From Raillietiella orientalis (Eukaryota), in contig JAYWIR010000139.1 in the NCBI GenBank assembly GCA_036172245.1, forward strand, positions 1 to 64,000: a stretch of DNA of 64,000 nucleotides, read 5' to 3'. The notes below the pieces were generated by a model, which was not told the origin of the DNA, made no database searches, and worked only from the letters and a program-made list of their open reading frames with translations. This document shows positions 12,600 through 23,200 of the stretch, in pieces (positions within the stretch are counted from its first letter, which is position 1; every line of letters starts with the position of its first letter). Position numbers and translations under genes: made by a program.

Positions 12600-14387
12600 C
12601 TATTTTTTGGCCTTCCTGAGCTTCTTCTGTCTGAGAGAGCGTGCTCTTCCAGACAATGAAGAAGCAGCGGGCTTCTCGCTGCCGGCGTCACTCTCCGTAC
12701 CTGTGAGGTCGGTAATTTCCGCCTCCTCCGTAGAGTGTTCCGCCTGCGCGATCAATTTTCGAGATAGCGCCTCTATCTCGACCTTGGCGCAGAAGTTCGC
12801 CTTCACGTCGAGAAGCTGTTCCTCTAACTTCTCGCGTTCAGCGACATCCACCACCTGGTTGATGTTCTCTTGTGCAGTGCAGATCTTCTGCAAGATTTTC
12901 TCTTGCTGAGGACCGCTCTGCACCTCCATGATCTCCTCCGCCAGTGTTGCCAACTCCTCCGTAGTCTGCAGAGCCTCCTGCGACACTTTAGTGGCTTCCT
13001 GTCTCTCTTCCTTCGCGCCTTCCTGCGCTACCTCCATCTTCTCGCCTTCCTGCTCTGCTGCTTCCTGGATTTGAGGAGTTCCTTGCTCCTTGACGAGCAT
13101 CCTCCTTTTTCCCTTCTTTCCCACTTCTATGAAGCCGTCCGCCGACACCGGGACAGCTTCTTTCACTTTTTTCTGCCTTCCTGCCTTCTGAGGCTGTTCG
13201 GCCTCCTTGATGTTTCTCTCTCTCACGGGAGAGAGACCTCGAATCCTTCTGCAGTTTTCAAACTCCGGACAGCTCCATTTCGCATGTCCGTGTTTCTTGC
13301 AAAAGGAGCACACCTCCGGATGCGGGCAGTTTCGGACTTGATGTCCTACTTTGCCGCAGCGGAAACAACGACACGTTGGGCAAGAGCCGGTTCTGTGACC
13401 GAACTGCTTGCATCCAGTGCAGAATACCGGTTGTTGCCGGTAACGCACATTCACTCCCTGGGATTGTTCGTCAATAACGGCCAATCCAGGGATCACCGCT
13501 TCCTCCCTCAACTTCATCTTGGCGATCATGTCGCCAGAAAATATGTTTCCAGAGAAGTTCTGGAAATCAAGGTCCAGAACTTCCCCAAACTGCTCCAAGT
13601 AATTCCACACCGCTAGTTGCGGGGTGAGGATGGAGATGCCGTTTAAAAAGACGGTTGTGTATGGCATCTCGCCAATTCCACAAACCATCCGTCCTTGTAT
13701 ATTGATCCCCTTCTGGATCAATCGCTCTCTAATGTTTTCACAGTCTGTAAAGACTGTGAACCCGTTGTTTGATGGAATGATCGCCTGAATGCGATCAAAG
13801 TCTATGTCCGTCTTGTCGAGGGACAAATAGACCTCCCTGATGTTATTAAATTTTATTAGCCCCTTCTTGAAGATAATGGGCTTCACGTTGGGGCCTATTT
13901 CGACTATTGGTCGGTCCACTTTTAGTACTTTTCCGCTAAGCGGCTTACCGAATTTCCTAGGTGGGTGGACACTCGCCTGTCCAGCCGCCACCGACGCATA
14001 AGAAAAGGGCTGCGACGCCGCAGCCGAACAAGATGGCGTCGCTCCCTGCACCTCGTAGACGCCCGCGGGTCCCGCCTGGGACGCCACCGCCGCGGGCGCA
14101 AACCTCGACGTTGCCGCCGTTACCGCTGCGGGCGGCACCCTCGGCATCGCCGCCGCAGGCGCGACCTTCCTCGCCGCGGGCACGATCCTCGGCGTCGCCG
14201 CCGCGGGCACGACCTCCGCCGTCGTCGCCGCGTGCACGACCCTTGGCATCGCCGCCGCCGGCGCAGCAAAGCCCGCCGCGGGCGCGATCCTCGGCATGCC
14301 TGCCACCGCCTCGCCGTTGCCGCACGTTACCTCCATGGCTTCCATGGGGGACGACGGTCTCTCCACTCCTCTTCTAGGTGCCTGCAT
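12600..14387 (-). CDS. B1 ORF1, intact 595-aa gag-like protein (Ala/Pro repeats, RRM-like region, three CCHC knuckles, Glu/Lys-rich probable coiled-coil tail)
   Basis: Knuckles CTGCKQFGHRTGSC, CFRCGKVGHQVRNC and CSFCKKHGHAKWSC. The stop lies 13 nt upstream of the likely ORF2 ATG at 12586. Confidence 0.9.
   Translation of the reverse strand: MQAPRRGVERPSSPMEAMEVTCGNGEAVAGMPRIAPAAGFAAPAAAMPRVVHAATTAEVVPAAATPRIVPAARKVAPAAAMPRVPPAAVTAATSRFAPAAVASQAGPAGVYEVQGATPSCSAAASQPFSYASVAAGQASVHPPRKFGKPLSGKVLKVDRPIVEIGPNVKPIIFKKGLIKFNNIREVYLSLDKTDIDFDRIQAIIPSNNGFTVFTDCENIRERLIQKGINIQGRMVCGIGEMPYTTVFLNGISILTPQLAVWNYLEQFGEVLDLDFQNFSGNIFSGDMIAKMKLREEAVIPGLAVIDEQSQGVNVRYRQQPVFCTGCKQFGHRTGSCPTCRCFRCGKVGHQVRNCPHPEVCSFCKKHGHAKWSCPEFENCRRIRGLSPVRERNIKEAEQPQKAGRQKKVKEAVPVSADGFIEVGKKGKRRMLVKEQGTPQIQEAAEQEGEKMEVAQEGAKEERQEATKVSQEALQTTEELATLAEEIMEVQSGPQQEKILQKICTAQENINQVVDVAEREKLEEQLLDVKANFCAKVEIEALSRKLIAQAEHSTEEAEITDLTGTESDAGSEKPAASSLSGRARSLRQKKLRKAKK
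14060..14310 (-). repeat. Imperfect GC-rich coding repeats in B ORF1 (AAAMPRVxPAA-type units); equivalents at about 19700-19940, 25320-25560 and 58570-58800
   Basis: Recurring CTCGGCATCGCCGCCG and CCGCGGGCACGA motifs; the repeated peptide is visible in the translation. Confidence 0.75.
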
Positions 14388-14570
14388 CCTGGCAGCTGGT
14401 CTTGCTGCACGGGACCACTGCAGGTCTTTTGCTGCGATCTCCTCGCCGCTTCTTTTCTAGTTTCGTATGGAAAACTTCCCCTCTCCGGGCACACACGAGC
14501 ACAATTAACTGATTACTTTGTCAAGCGCACAATACTTTGAGCCGCGGAGCAAGTTCACCGACTCGGCAGG

Positions 14571-17500
14571 TTTCCCCAAGTCCCACAAGGGGTGGGGTAA
14601 TTTTATTTTTCTATAAAAATACAAAATTTACATTCGCACTCTCATTCACTCAATACAAACATTTTGCACTTGGGGGTCCTTGGGTTGCACTAGAGTTCTG
14701 CTTTTCAGGGGGGAATTCCAGCTGGATGGTCCCGGGCGTCGTCCTGGATCCTCTTCAGGATGAATCGGTACGTCCAGGCGTGGATCTTCCCGCATTTCCT
14801 GATGCCGATTTCCCTCTTCAAGAGCCCTTGTAGGATCTCCATCGGTGGTGCGGCTCTCCTGGATTTCTTCATTTTCCACCACCGCACAAGTATGGCGGTG
14901 ATGAAGAGGGCTATGGTCGTCCTCACCATGGGATTGTAACAGGGAACATTACCATCCCCATGAAACATCCCGGCGAGGATCTCCATAACGGACTTGTTGG
15001 TAAGTCCTATGATGCTTTTCAGGATCAGCCAGTCATGCAGCAGTGTGAAACACGTCAAGACGTGAAGTCTCGTGTCGTCGTCTCCACATGCTGCGCAGTC
15101 TCGGTCTTCCCGTCTTCCTGTGAAGTGCTGCAATCGGGACCCACTCTGGATTCCTCCGTGATAAAACATCAGGAGGTCATCCTGGGTGCCCATCGGAAGG
15201 TCACTCCTCCAGAGCGTCGTGCCGATCGCTAACAGGTTGAACCGTTCACTCCCGTAGCGTTCGGTGGCTTCCTGGAGGGCACTGGTGTCACGGTCGTTTT
15301 CTTGGATAAGCCTTTGGAGGTTTGTTCTGGTTACCCTCGACCATGCGAAGTCGTTGTGGTTGAACCACACTTCGCGGGTCCTGTGGGTAAACCTTCCTAA
15401 CATCATCTCTGTATACCGAAGTATACGTGTTTGAGGTAGGTAGCCTCCTCGCCTCCACTCCTGGATTTGCAGTAGGGTAACTCTGGACCGCTGGTAGATC
15501 CAGCTTCTCGTGTCCGGCGGGACAGGAAGCAACCAAGGGATCACCAGGATGGACTCGTCCTGCCAGAGTTCCCTGCTTCGCGGCACGATCTTGATTTGGT
15601 GCTTCCGCACCAGCCGTTGCTTCCTCCTCCAGGTCGGGTCGATTGTTATCCATTCCCCTACTTTGCCTAGCAGCGCAGTCATCAGGCCTCTCGAGTTGTT
15701 AAGCAACAACGCGTAGGCTTTGTGCGCCGCATACGGCCAGTCATCCCAGTAAGTGGCCATGTCCAGGATGTGTCGCGTATCCATGATTTCCATGGAATGT
15801 GCAAGCGACTTCATCCCGGAACCGCCTTCTTCCCTGGGACGACACAGGGGTTTCAGTCTTACTCTTGGACGATAGTGGCCCCAGAGTGTTTTTCTTTGCA
15901 GCTTGTCGAACTCCCTAGTAGTGTCCTTGTTCATCCTCGCGAAGGCCGCCTTGAAGAGCACTTTCGGAAGGAGTACTCCGTTCCATATGTTGGCCTTTCG
16001 CTTCATCCCAAGGTCCGTTCGGGTGTACTTGGCTGCTTCCTTGGCCGTTTTCCCCAGGATTTCCTTCCACAGCAGCTTCGACGCAGAGCCGTCGCCGATG
16101 TAGACTCCCAGGTACTTGGCCGTGTCCACCGTACGGAATCCACTACCCGTTAGAGTGGAGAGATCCAGTATTCCGACGCGCAAAAGCTGGCTCTTCTGGG
16201 AATTGATTTTTAAACCCAAGCCCTGTTCCATCTGGTCCACCACATCCAGAAACTCACGCTGATTTTTCTCTCCCTTGATGAAGAAGAGTAGATCATCGGC
16301 GTATGCCAGATGGGTAAGACGCTGGCTATCGATGGTAATCCCGCTTAGTCGTCCTCTCTTCTCGATAAAGGACGACAACGCCTCCATATAGATGACGAAC
16401 AGCATCGGACTTAGCGAGTCGCCCTGTCGGACTCCTCGTTCCATCCTGATTGCTGCCGTCTCCTGGCCGTTGATCATGATCCGGCAGTACTGGTTCTGGA
16501 GTACCGCCCTCACGAAGTTGCTGAAGTGTTCCGGAAGCCCTAGCTTCTCCAGAACCTTCAGCAGCATCCCGTGGTCGATGGAGTCGAAGGCCATCTCCAT
16601 GTCAGTGAACACCAGCACCAGGTTCTCGCCGACGTATCGACTGAGTCCAACAGTGGCCTGGGCACACTTGACATTGTCCGACATGTGTCGTCCTGGGACT
16701 GCACATGTCTGGACCGGAGAGATCAGCCTCGACATGACCTTGCCTGAGCGGTTGGACCAGATCTTCGCCAACCACTTGGCATCGGAGTTTAGAATCGAGA
16801 TTGGCCTCCAGTGGGCGATCTGGGTAGAGTCGCCTCCTTTCGGCAGCAATCTCATCCGACTCTCGTAGAAGGACTGAGGTAGTCTGCCTTCTTCCCGGAT
16901 GCAGAGGGTCAACTGGTAGAACAAGCGCAGGTAGGCGTGCAGGTACCGCTGATAGTGCGTGATGGGTACACTGTCAGGGTTCGCTGCCACGTCCTTGCGA
17001 AGTTGCCCAAACGCAGCCTTCACCTCTTTTTTGGAGAACTCCTCCTTCATTCTGTTCCGCTGGAGGTCGTCGGTCCCCTTCTCGAGATAGCTCAAGAAGG
17101 CCTGTTGACTAGAGCGACACAGCTGTTGTCGCCTGAAGTGTTTCGTGTAATGCCTGTGAAAGGCATCCACGATGTCCTCAGACGACTGTCGCTTTTGGCC
17201 GTCGTACCTGATGCAGAAGATATCTGTTGCCAGATTTCTCTTCTCCAGCACGCCGACTTCTTCTTTTATGTTATTGAGGACGTACCGACTCTCGTACTGA
17301 TCGAAGTACTGTGAGAGGGAGCGATCTTGGATGTTCAGCTCCCGGTACGCCTCTTGCCTCAAGCGCCTATCCCCGAACTGCATGTTCGCAAACAGGTGTA
17401 TCCTGTGTTTCAGGCTGTCCCAGTCGGCGACTCTTCGGATTGTTGGTGCCCTCAGAATCGCCTCCAGGACAGCCTGATGTCCGGGATGGGTTTCGAACCA

Positions 17501-20185
17501 GGCGGGCATGCTGATGAGCGCTGCCCTGGTGCCTTGCCTCCGCCGAGGATTCTCCGTTCTTAGGGAAAACCGCACCAGGGGGTGATCGGACACCGTAGTC
17601 ATAGTGTCGCGAAACCCCTGGATGCGGTTCCCAAGTTCGATGCTGTGCAGGACTAGATCGATTGGCTTGTGGCTTGCTGTTCGCCAGACCAGTCCGAACT
17701 CCTCGGATAGCCGTCGATACGCCGTCCTTCCTCTGGCGTCTTCCGAATGAATGATCTCATGCAAGATGTTGAGATCGCCAGCAACAATCACGACGTCCTT
17801 AGGGGCGACCTTTTCCCGGAGTGTTGCATGCAGCGCCTCCGAACAACGATGTTTTAGCCTGTGCGGCCCGTACACGTTCACCAGGATAAGGTGAACAGTC
17901 GCGGACCAGGCCAGTCGCACGCCGATGATTCGTCTGGGTTGGGGACAGAACACTTCCAGAATAGTGGGGGCTAAGTGGTTCTTTATTAGCACCGCCACAC
18001 CCTTCGTGTGCCGTTCTCCTTCGTTGACGAACATCTGCCTGTTGAATCGTCGTTCCATTCGCTGGCTTATCTCCAGACCCATCCTGTGGGTCTCCTGCAG
18101 GCACACGATGTCTTGTTGTGCGATGGTCCGCACAATCCTTCTTCTTTTTCCCTGGTCGACCACACCGTTTATGTTCCAGGAGGCGATGTTCATCCTCTTG
18201 GCGGTCGATAGGGAAGAGGCCATAAAAGGGGAAGACCTATTTTTTGGCCTTCCTGAGCTTCTTCTGTCTGAGAGAGCGTGCTCTTCCAGACAATGAAGAA
18301 GCAGCGGGCTTCTCGCTGCCGGCGTCACTCTTTGTACCTGTGAGGTCGGTAATTTCCGCCTCCTCCGTAGAGTGTTCCGCCTGCGCGATCAATTTTCAAG
18401 ATAGCGCCTCTATCTCGACCTTGGCGCAGAAGTTCGCCTTCACGTCGAGAAGCTGTTCCTCTAACTTCTCGCGTTCAGCGACCTCCACCACCTGGTTGAT
18501 GTTCTCTTGTGCAGTGCAGATCTTCTGCAAGATTTTCTCTTGCTGAGGACCGCTCTGCACCTCCATGATCTCCTCCGCCCGTGTTGCCAACTCCTCCGTA
18601 GTCTGCAGAGCCTCCTGCGACACTTTAGTGGCTTCCTGTCTCTCTTCCTTCGCGCCTTCCTGCGCTACCTCCATCTTCTCGCCTTCCTGCTCTGCTGCTT
18701 CCAGGATTTGAGGAGTTCCTGGCTCCTTGACGAGCATCCTCCTCTTTCCCTTCTTTCCCACTTCTATGAAGCCGTCCGCCGACACCGGGACAGCTTGTTT
18801 CACTTTTTTCTGCCTTCCTGCCTTCTGAGGCTGTTCGGCCTCCTTGATGTTTCTCTCTCTCACGGGAGAGAGACCTCGAATCCTTCTGCAGTTTTCAAAC
18901 TCCGGACAGCTCCATTTCGCATGTCCGTGTTTCTTGCAGAAGGAGCACACCTCCGGATGCGGGCAGTTTCGGACTTGATGTCCTACTTTGCCGGGAAACA
19001 ACGACACGTTTGGCAAGAGCCGGCCCTCTGTGACTGAACTGCTTGCATCCAGTGCAGAACACCGGCTGCCGAAGGCACATTCACTCCCTGGGATTGTTCG
19101 TCAATAACGGCCAATCCAGGGATCACCGCCCCCTCCCTCAACTTCATCTTGGCGATCATGTCGCCAGAAAATATGTTTCCAGAGAAGTTCTGGAAATCAA
19201 GGTCCAGAACTTCCCCAAACTGCTCCAAGTAATTCCACACCGCTAGTTGCGGTGTGAGGATGGAGATGCCGTTTGAAAAGACGTTTGTTATGGCATCTCG
19301 CCAATACCACAAACCATCCGTCCTTGTAATTGATCCCCTTCTGGATCAATTTGTCTTGTCGTTTTCACAGTCTGTAAAGACTGTGAAACCGTTGTTTGAT
19401 GGTGGAATGACTGCCTGAACGATCGTGCGCTCATGTCCGTCTTGTCACCGAGGGACAAATAGACCTCCCTAGATGTTATTAACTTTATTAGCTCCTGTCT
19501 TGAAGAGGTTGAAGGGTTTGCTGTTGGGCCCATTTCCTGACTATTGGTCGGTCCACACTTCTTATACTTTTCCGCCAAGGGCTTACCGAATTTCAGGTGG
19601 ACACTCGCTTGTCCAGCCGCCACCAACGAATAGGAAATGGGCTGCGCCGCCGCAGCCGAACAAGATGGCGTTTCACCCTGAACTGCGTGGACGCCCGCGG
19701 GTCCTGCCTGGGACGCTGCCGCCGCGAGCGCAACCCTTGACGTCGCCACCGTTGCCGCCGCGGGCGGCACCCTCGGCATCGCCGCCGCAGGCGCGACCTT
19801 CCCCGCCGCGGGCACGATCCTTGGTGTCGCCGCCGCGGGCACGACCTCCGCCGTCGTCGCCGCGGGCACGACCCTTGGCCTCGCCACCGCCGGCGCAGCA
19901 AAGCCCGCCGCGGGCGCGATTCTAGGCATGCCTGCCACCGCCTAGCTGTTGCCGCACGTTACCTCCATGGCTTCCATGGGGGACGACGGTCTCTCCACTC
20001 CTCCGCCAGGTTCCTGCATCCTGGAAGCTGGTCTTGCTGCACGGGACCACAACAGGTCTTCCGCCGCGATCTCCTCTGCGCTTCTTTTGTTGTTTCGTCT
20101 GGAAACTTCCCCTCTCCGGGCACACACGAGCACAATTAACAGATTAATCTGTCGAGCGCACAATACTTTGAGCCGCGAAGCAAGT
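14571..20185 (-). mobile_element. Family B copy B2, full-length, head-to-tail with B1; ORF1 frameshifted
   Basis: Near-identical to B1 with an offset of 5637 bp over ORF2. Target-site copies at 14555-14570 and 20186-20202. Confidence 0.93.
14705..18223 (-). CDS. B2 ORF2, uninterrupted APE endonuclease / reverse transcriptase / C-terminal zinc-finger polyprotein (1172 aa from ATG 18223)
   Basis: Motifs MASSLSTAKRMNIASWNING, LQETH, AGDLN, SDH, WRPISILNSDAK, RQGDSLSPMLF, AYADD, KYLG and CAACGDDDTRLHVLTC. RT motif DMEKAFD is altered to DMEMAFD. Confidence 0.93.
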   Translation of the reverse strand: MASSLSTAKRMNIASWNINGVVDQGKRRRIVRTIAQQDIVCLQETHRMGLEISQRMERRFNRQMFVNEGERHTKGVAVLIKNHLAPTILEVFCPQPRRIIGVRLAWSATVHLILVNVYGPHRLKHRCSEALHATLREKVAPKDVVIVAGDLNILHEIIHSEDARGRTAYRRLSEEFGLVWRTASHKPIDLVLHSIELGNRIQGFRDTMTTVSDHPLVRFSLRTENPRRRQGTRAALISMPAWFETHPGHQAVLEAILRAPTIRRVADWDSLKHRIHLFANMQFGDRRLRQEAYRELNIQDRSLSQYFDQYESRYVLNNIKEEVGVLEKRNLATDIFCIRYDGQKRQSSEDIVDAFHRHYTKHFRRQQLCRSSQQAFLSYLEKGTDDLQRNRMKEEFSKKEVKAAFGQLRKDVAANPDSVPITHYQRYLHAYLRLFYQLTLCIREEGRLPQSFYESRMRLLPKGGDSTQIAHWRPISILNSDAKWLAKIWSNRSGKVMSRLISPVQTCAVPGRHMSDNVKCAQATVGLSRYVGENLVLVFTDMEMAFDSIDHGMLLKVLEKLGLPEHFSNFVRAVLQNQYCRIMINGQETAAIRMERGVRQGDSLSPMLFVIYMEALSSFIEKRGRLSGITIDSQRLTHLAYADDLLFFIKGEKNQREFLDVVDQMEQGLGLKINSQKSQLLRVGILDLSTLTGSGFRTVDTAKYLGVYIGDGSASKLLWKEILGKTAKEAAKYTRTDLGMKRKANIWNGVLLPKVLFKAAFARMNKDTTREFDKLQRKTLWGHYRPRVRLKPLCRPREEGGSGMKSLAHSMEIMDTRHILDMATYWDDWPYAAHKAYALLLNNSRGLMTALLGKVGEWITIDPTWRRKQRLVRKHQIKIVPRSRELWQDESILVIPWLLPVPPDTRSWIYQRSRVTLLQIQEWRRGGYLPQTRILRYTEMMLGRFTHRTREVWFNHNDFAWSRVTRTNLQRLIQENDRDTSALQEATERYGSERFNLLAIGTTLWRSDLPMGTQDDLLMFYHGGIQSGSRLQHFTGRREDRDCAACGDDDTRLHVLTCFTLLHDWLILKSIIGLTNKSVMEILAGMFHGDGNVPCYNPMVRTTIALFITAILVRWWKMKKSRRAAPPMEILQGLLKREIGIRKCGKIHAWTYRFILKRIQDDARDHPAGIPP

Positions 20186-20202
20186 TCACATCAATCGGCA
20201 GG

Positions 20203-23200
20203 TTTCCCACCGCGTGGCATCATTTTTCTATAAAAATACAAAATTTACATTCGCACTCTCATTCACTCAATAGAAACATTTTGCACTTGGGGGTCCTTGG
20301 GTTGCACTAGAGTTCTGCTTTTCAGGGGGGAATTCCAGCTGGATGGTCCCGGGCGTCGTCCTCGATCCTCTTCAGGATGAATCGGCACGTCCAGGCGTGG
20401 ATCTTCCCGCAGTTTTTAGTGCCGATTTCCCTCTTCAATAGCCCCTGTAGGATCTCCATCGGTGGTGCGACTCTCCTGGCTTTCCTCATTTTCCACCACC
20501 GCACAAGTATGGCGGTGATGAAGAGGGCTGTGGTCGTCCTCACCATGAGATTGTAACAGGGAACATTACCATCCCCATGAAACATCCCGGCGAAGATCTG
20601 CATAACGGACTTGTTGGTAAGTCCTATGATCCTTTTCAGGATCAGCCAGTCATGCAGCAGTGTGGGACACGTCAAGACGTGAAGTCTCGTGTCGTCGTCT
20701 CTGCATGCTGCGCAGTCTCGGTCTTCCCGTCTTCCTGTGAAGTGCTGCAATCAAGACCCACTCTGGATTCCTCCGTGATAAAACATCAGGAGGTCATCCT
20801 TTGTGCCCGGCGGAAGGTCACTCCTCCAGAGCGTCGTGCCGATCGCTAACAGGTTGAACCGTTCACTCCCGTAGCTTTCGGTGGCTTCCTGGAGGGCACT
20901 GGTGTCACGGTCGTTTTCTTGGATAAGCCTTCGGAGGTTTGTCGGCGAATATCGACCATGCGAAGTCGTTGTGGTTGAACCACACTTCGCGGGTCCTGTG
21001 AGTAAACCTTCCTAACATCATCCTGTGTATACCGAAGTATACGAGTTTGATGTAGGTAGCCTCCTCGCCTCCACTCCTGGATTTGCAGTAGGGTAACTCT
21101 GCACCGCTGGTAGATCCAGCTTTTCGTGTCCGGCGGGACAGGAAGCATCCAAGGGATCACCAGGAAGGACTCGTCCTGCCAGAGTTCCCTGCTTCGCGGC
21201 ACGATCTTGATTTGGTGCTTCCGCACCAGCCGTTGCTTCCTCCTCCAGGTCGGGTCGATCTCTTAACCATCCCCCACTTTGCCTAGCAGCGCAGTCATCA
21301 GGCCTTCCGAGTTGTTAAGGTAACAACGCGTAGGGCCCTGTGCGCCGCATATGGCCAGTCATCCCAGTAGTACAAGGGTCTGAGGATGGTGTGTCATGTA
21401 TCCATGATTTCCATGAACAAAATGAAGCGACTTCATCCTGGAACCGGTTTTCCCTGGGACGACACAGGGGTTTCAGTCTTACTCTTGGACGATAGTGGCC
21501 CCAGAGTGTTTTTCTTTGCAGCTTGTCGAACTCCCTAGTAGTGTTCTTGTTCATCCTCGCGAAGGCCGCCCCGAAGAGCACTTTCGGAAGGAGTACTCCG
21601 TTCCATATGTTTGGCTTTCGCTTCATCCCAAGGTCCGTTCGGGTGTACTTGGCTGCTTCCTTGGCCGTTTTCACCAGGATTTCCTTCCACAGCAGCTTCG
21701 ACGCAGAGCCGTCGCCGATGTAGACTCCCAGGTGGCCTCAATGTGTCCACTGCAATGGAATCCACTACTCCATAGAGAGGAGAGATCCAGTATTCCGACG
21801 GGTAAAGCTGGCTCTTCTGGAATTGATTTTGCTTCAAGTCTTGTTCCATCTGGTCCACCACATCCAGAAACGCACGCTGATTTTTTTCTCCCTTGATGAA
21901 GAAGAGGAGATCGTCGGCGTAAGCTAGATGGGTAAGACGCTGGCTATCGATGGTAATCCCGCTTAGTCGTCCGTTCTTCCTTATAATGGATTACAACGCC
22001 TCCATATAGATGACGAACAGCATCGGACTTAGCGAGTCGCCCTGTCGGACTCCTCGTTCCATCCTGATTGCTGCCGTCTCCTAGCCGTTGATCTTGATCC
22101 GGCAGTACTGGTTCTGGAGTACCGCCCTCACGAAGTTGCTGAAGTGTTCCGGAAGCCCTAGCTTCTCCAGAACCTTCAGCAGCATCCCATGGTCGATGGA
22201 GTCGAAGGCCTTCTCCATGTCAGTGAACACCAGCACCAGGGTCTCGCCGACGTATCGACTGAGTCCAACAGTGGCCTGGGCACACTTGACATTGTCCGAC
22301 ATGTGTCGTCCTGGGACTGCACATGTCTGGACCGGCGAGATCAGCCTCGACATGACCTTGCCTAAGCGGTTGGACCAGATCTTCGCCAACCACTTGGCAT
22401 CGGAGTTTAGAATCGAGATTGGCCTCCATTGGGCGATCTGGGTAGAGTCGCCTCCATTCGGCAGCAATCTCATCCGACTCTCGTAGAAGGACTGAGGTAG
22501 TCTGCCTTCTTCCCGGATGCAGAGGGTCAACTGGTGGAACAAGCGCAGGTAGGCGTGCAGGTACCGCTGATAGTGCGTGATGGGTACACCGTCAGGGCCC
22601 GCTGCCACGTCCTTGCGAAGTTGCCCAAACGCAGTCTTCACCTCTTCTTCGGAGAACTCCTCCTCCAGTCTGTTCCGCTGGAGGTCGTCGGTCCTCTTCT
22701 CGAGATAGCTCAAGAAGGCCTGTTGACTAGAGCGACACAGCTGTTGTCGCCTGACGTGTTTCGTGTAATGCCTGTGAAAGGCATCCACGATGTCCTCAGA
22801 CGACTGTCGCTTTTGGCCGTCGTACTGGATGCAGAAGATATCTGTTGCCAGATTTCTCTTCTCCAGCACGCCGACTTCCCCTTTTATGTTCTTGAAGACG
22901 TACCGACTCTCGTACTGATCGTAGTACTTTGAGAGTGAGCTATCTTGGATGTTCAGCTCCCGGTACGCCTCCTGCCTCGAGCGCTCAACCCCGAATTGCA
23001 TATTTGCAAACAGGTGCATCCTGTGTTAGAAGCTGTTCCAGTCGGCGACTCTTCTGATTTTTGTGGTCTTCACAATCGTCTCCAGGACCTCCGGATGTCC
23101 AGGATGTGTCTGGAACCAGGAGGGCATGCTGATGAGCGCCGCCTTGGTGCCTTGCCTCCGCCGAGGATTCTCCGTTCTTAGGTAAAACCGCACCAACGGG

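Larger units (their letters stand above)
8934..14554 (-). mobile_element. Family B copy B1, full-length Tx1-like non-LTR retrotransposon (about 5.6 kb)
   Basis: Contains ORF1 and ORF2. 3' end AATAAACTTACCCCACACCTTGTGGGACTTGGGGAAA. Flanked by target-site copies at 8918-8933 and 14555-14570. Confidence 0.93.

Noticed and set aside
18224..18328. Upstream GTG-initiated extension of B ORF2 (1207 aa) overlapping ORF1
   Set aside because: The APE begins right after ATG 18223, as in the other families. The extension is open in B1-B3, so a frameshift route cannot be strictly excluded, but I see no clear slippery site.
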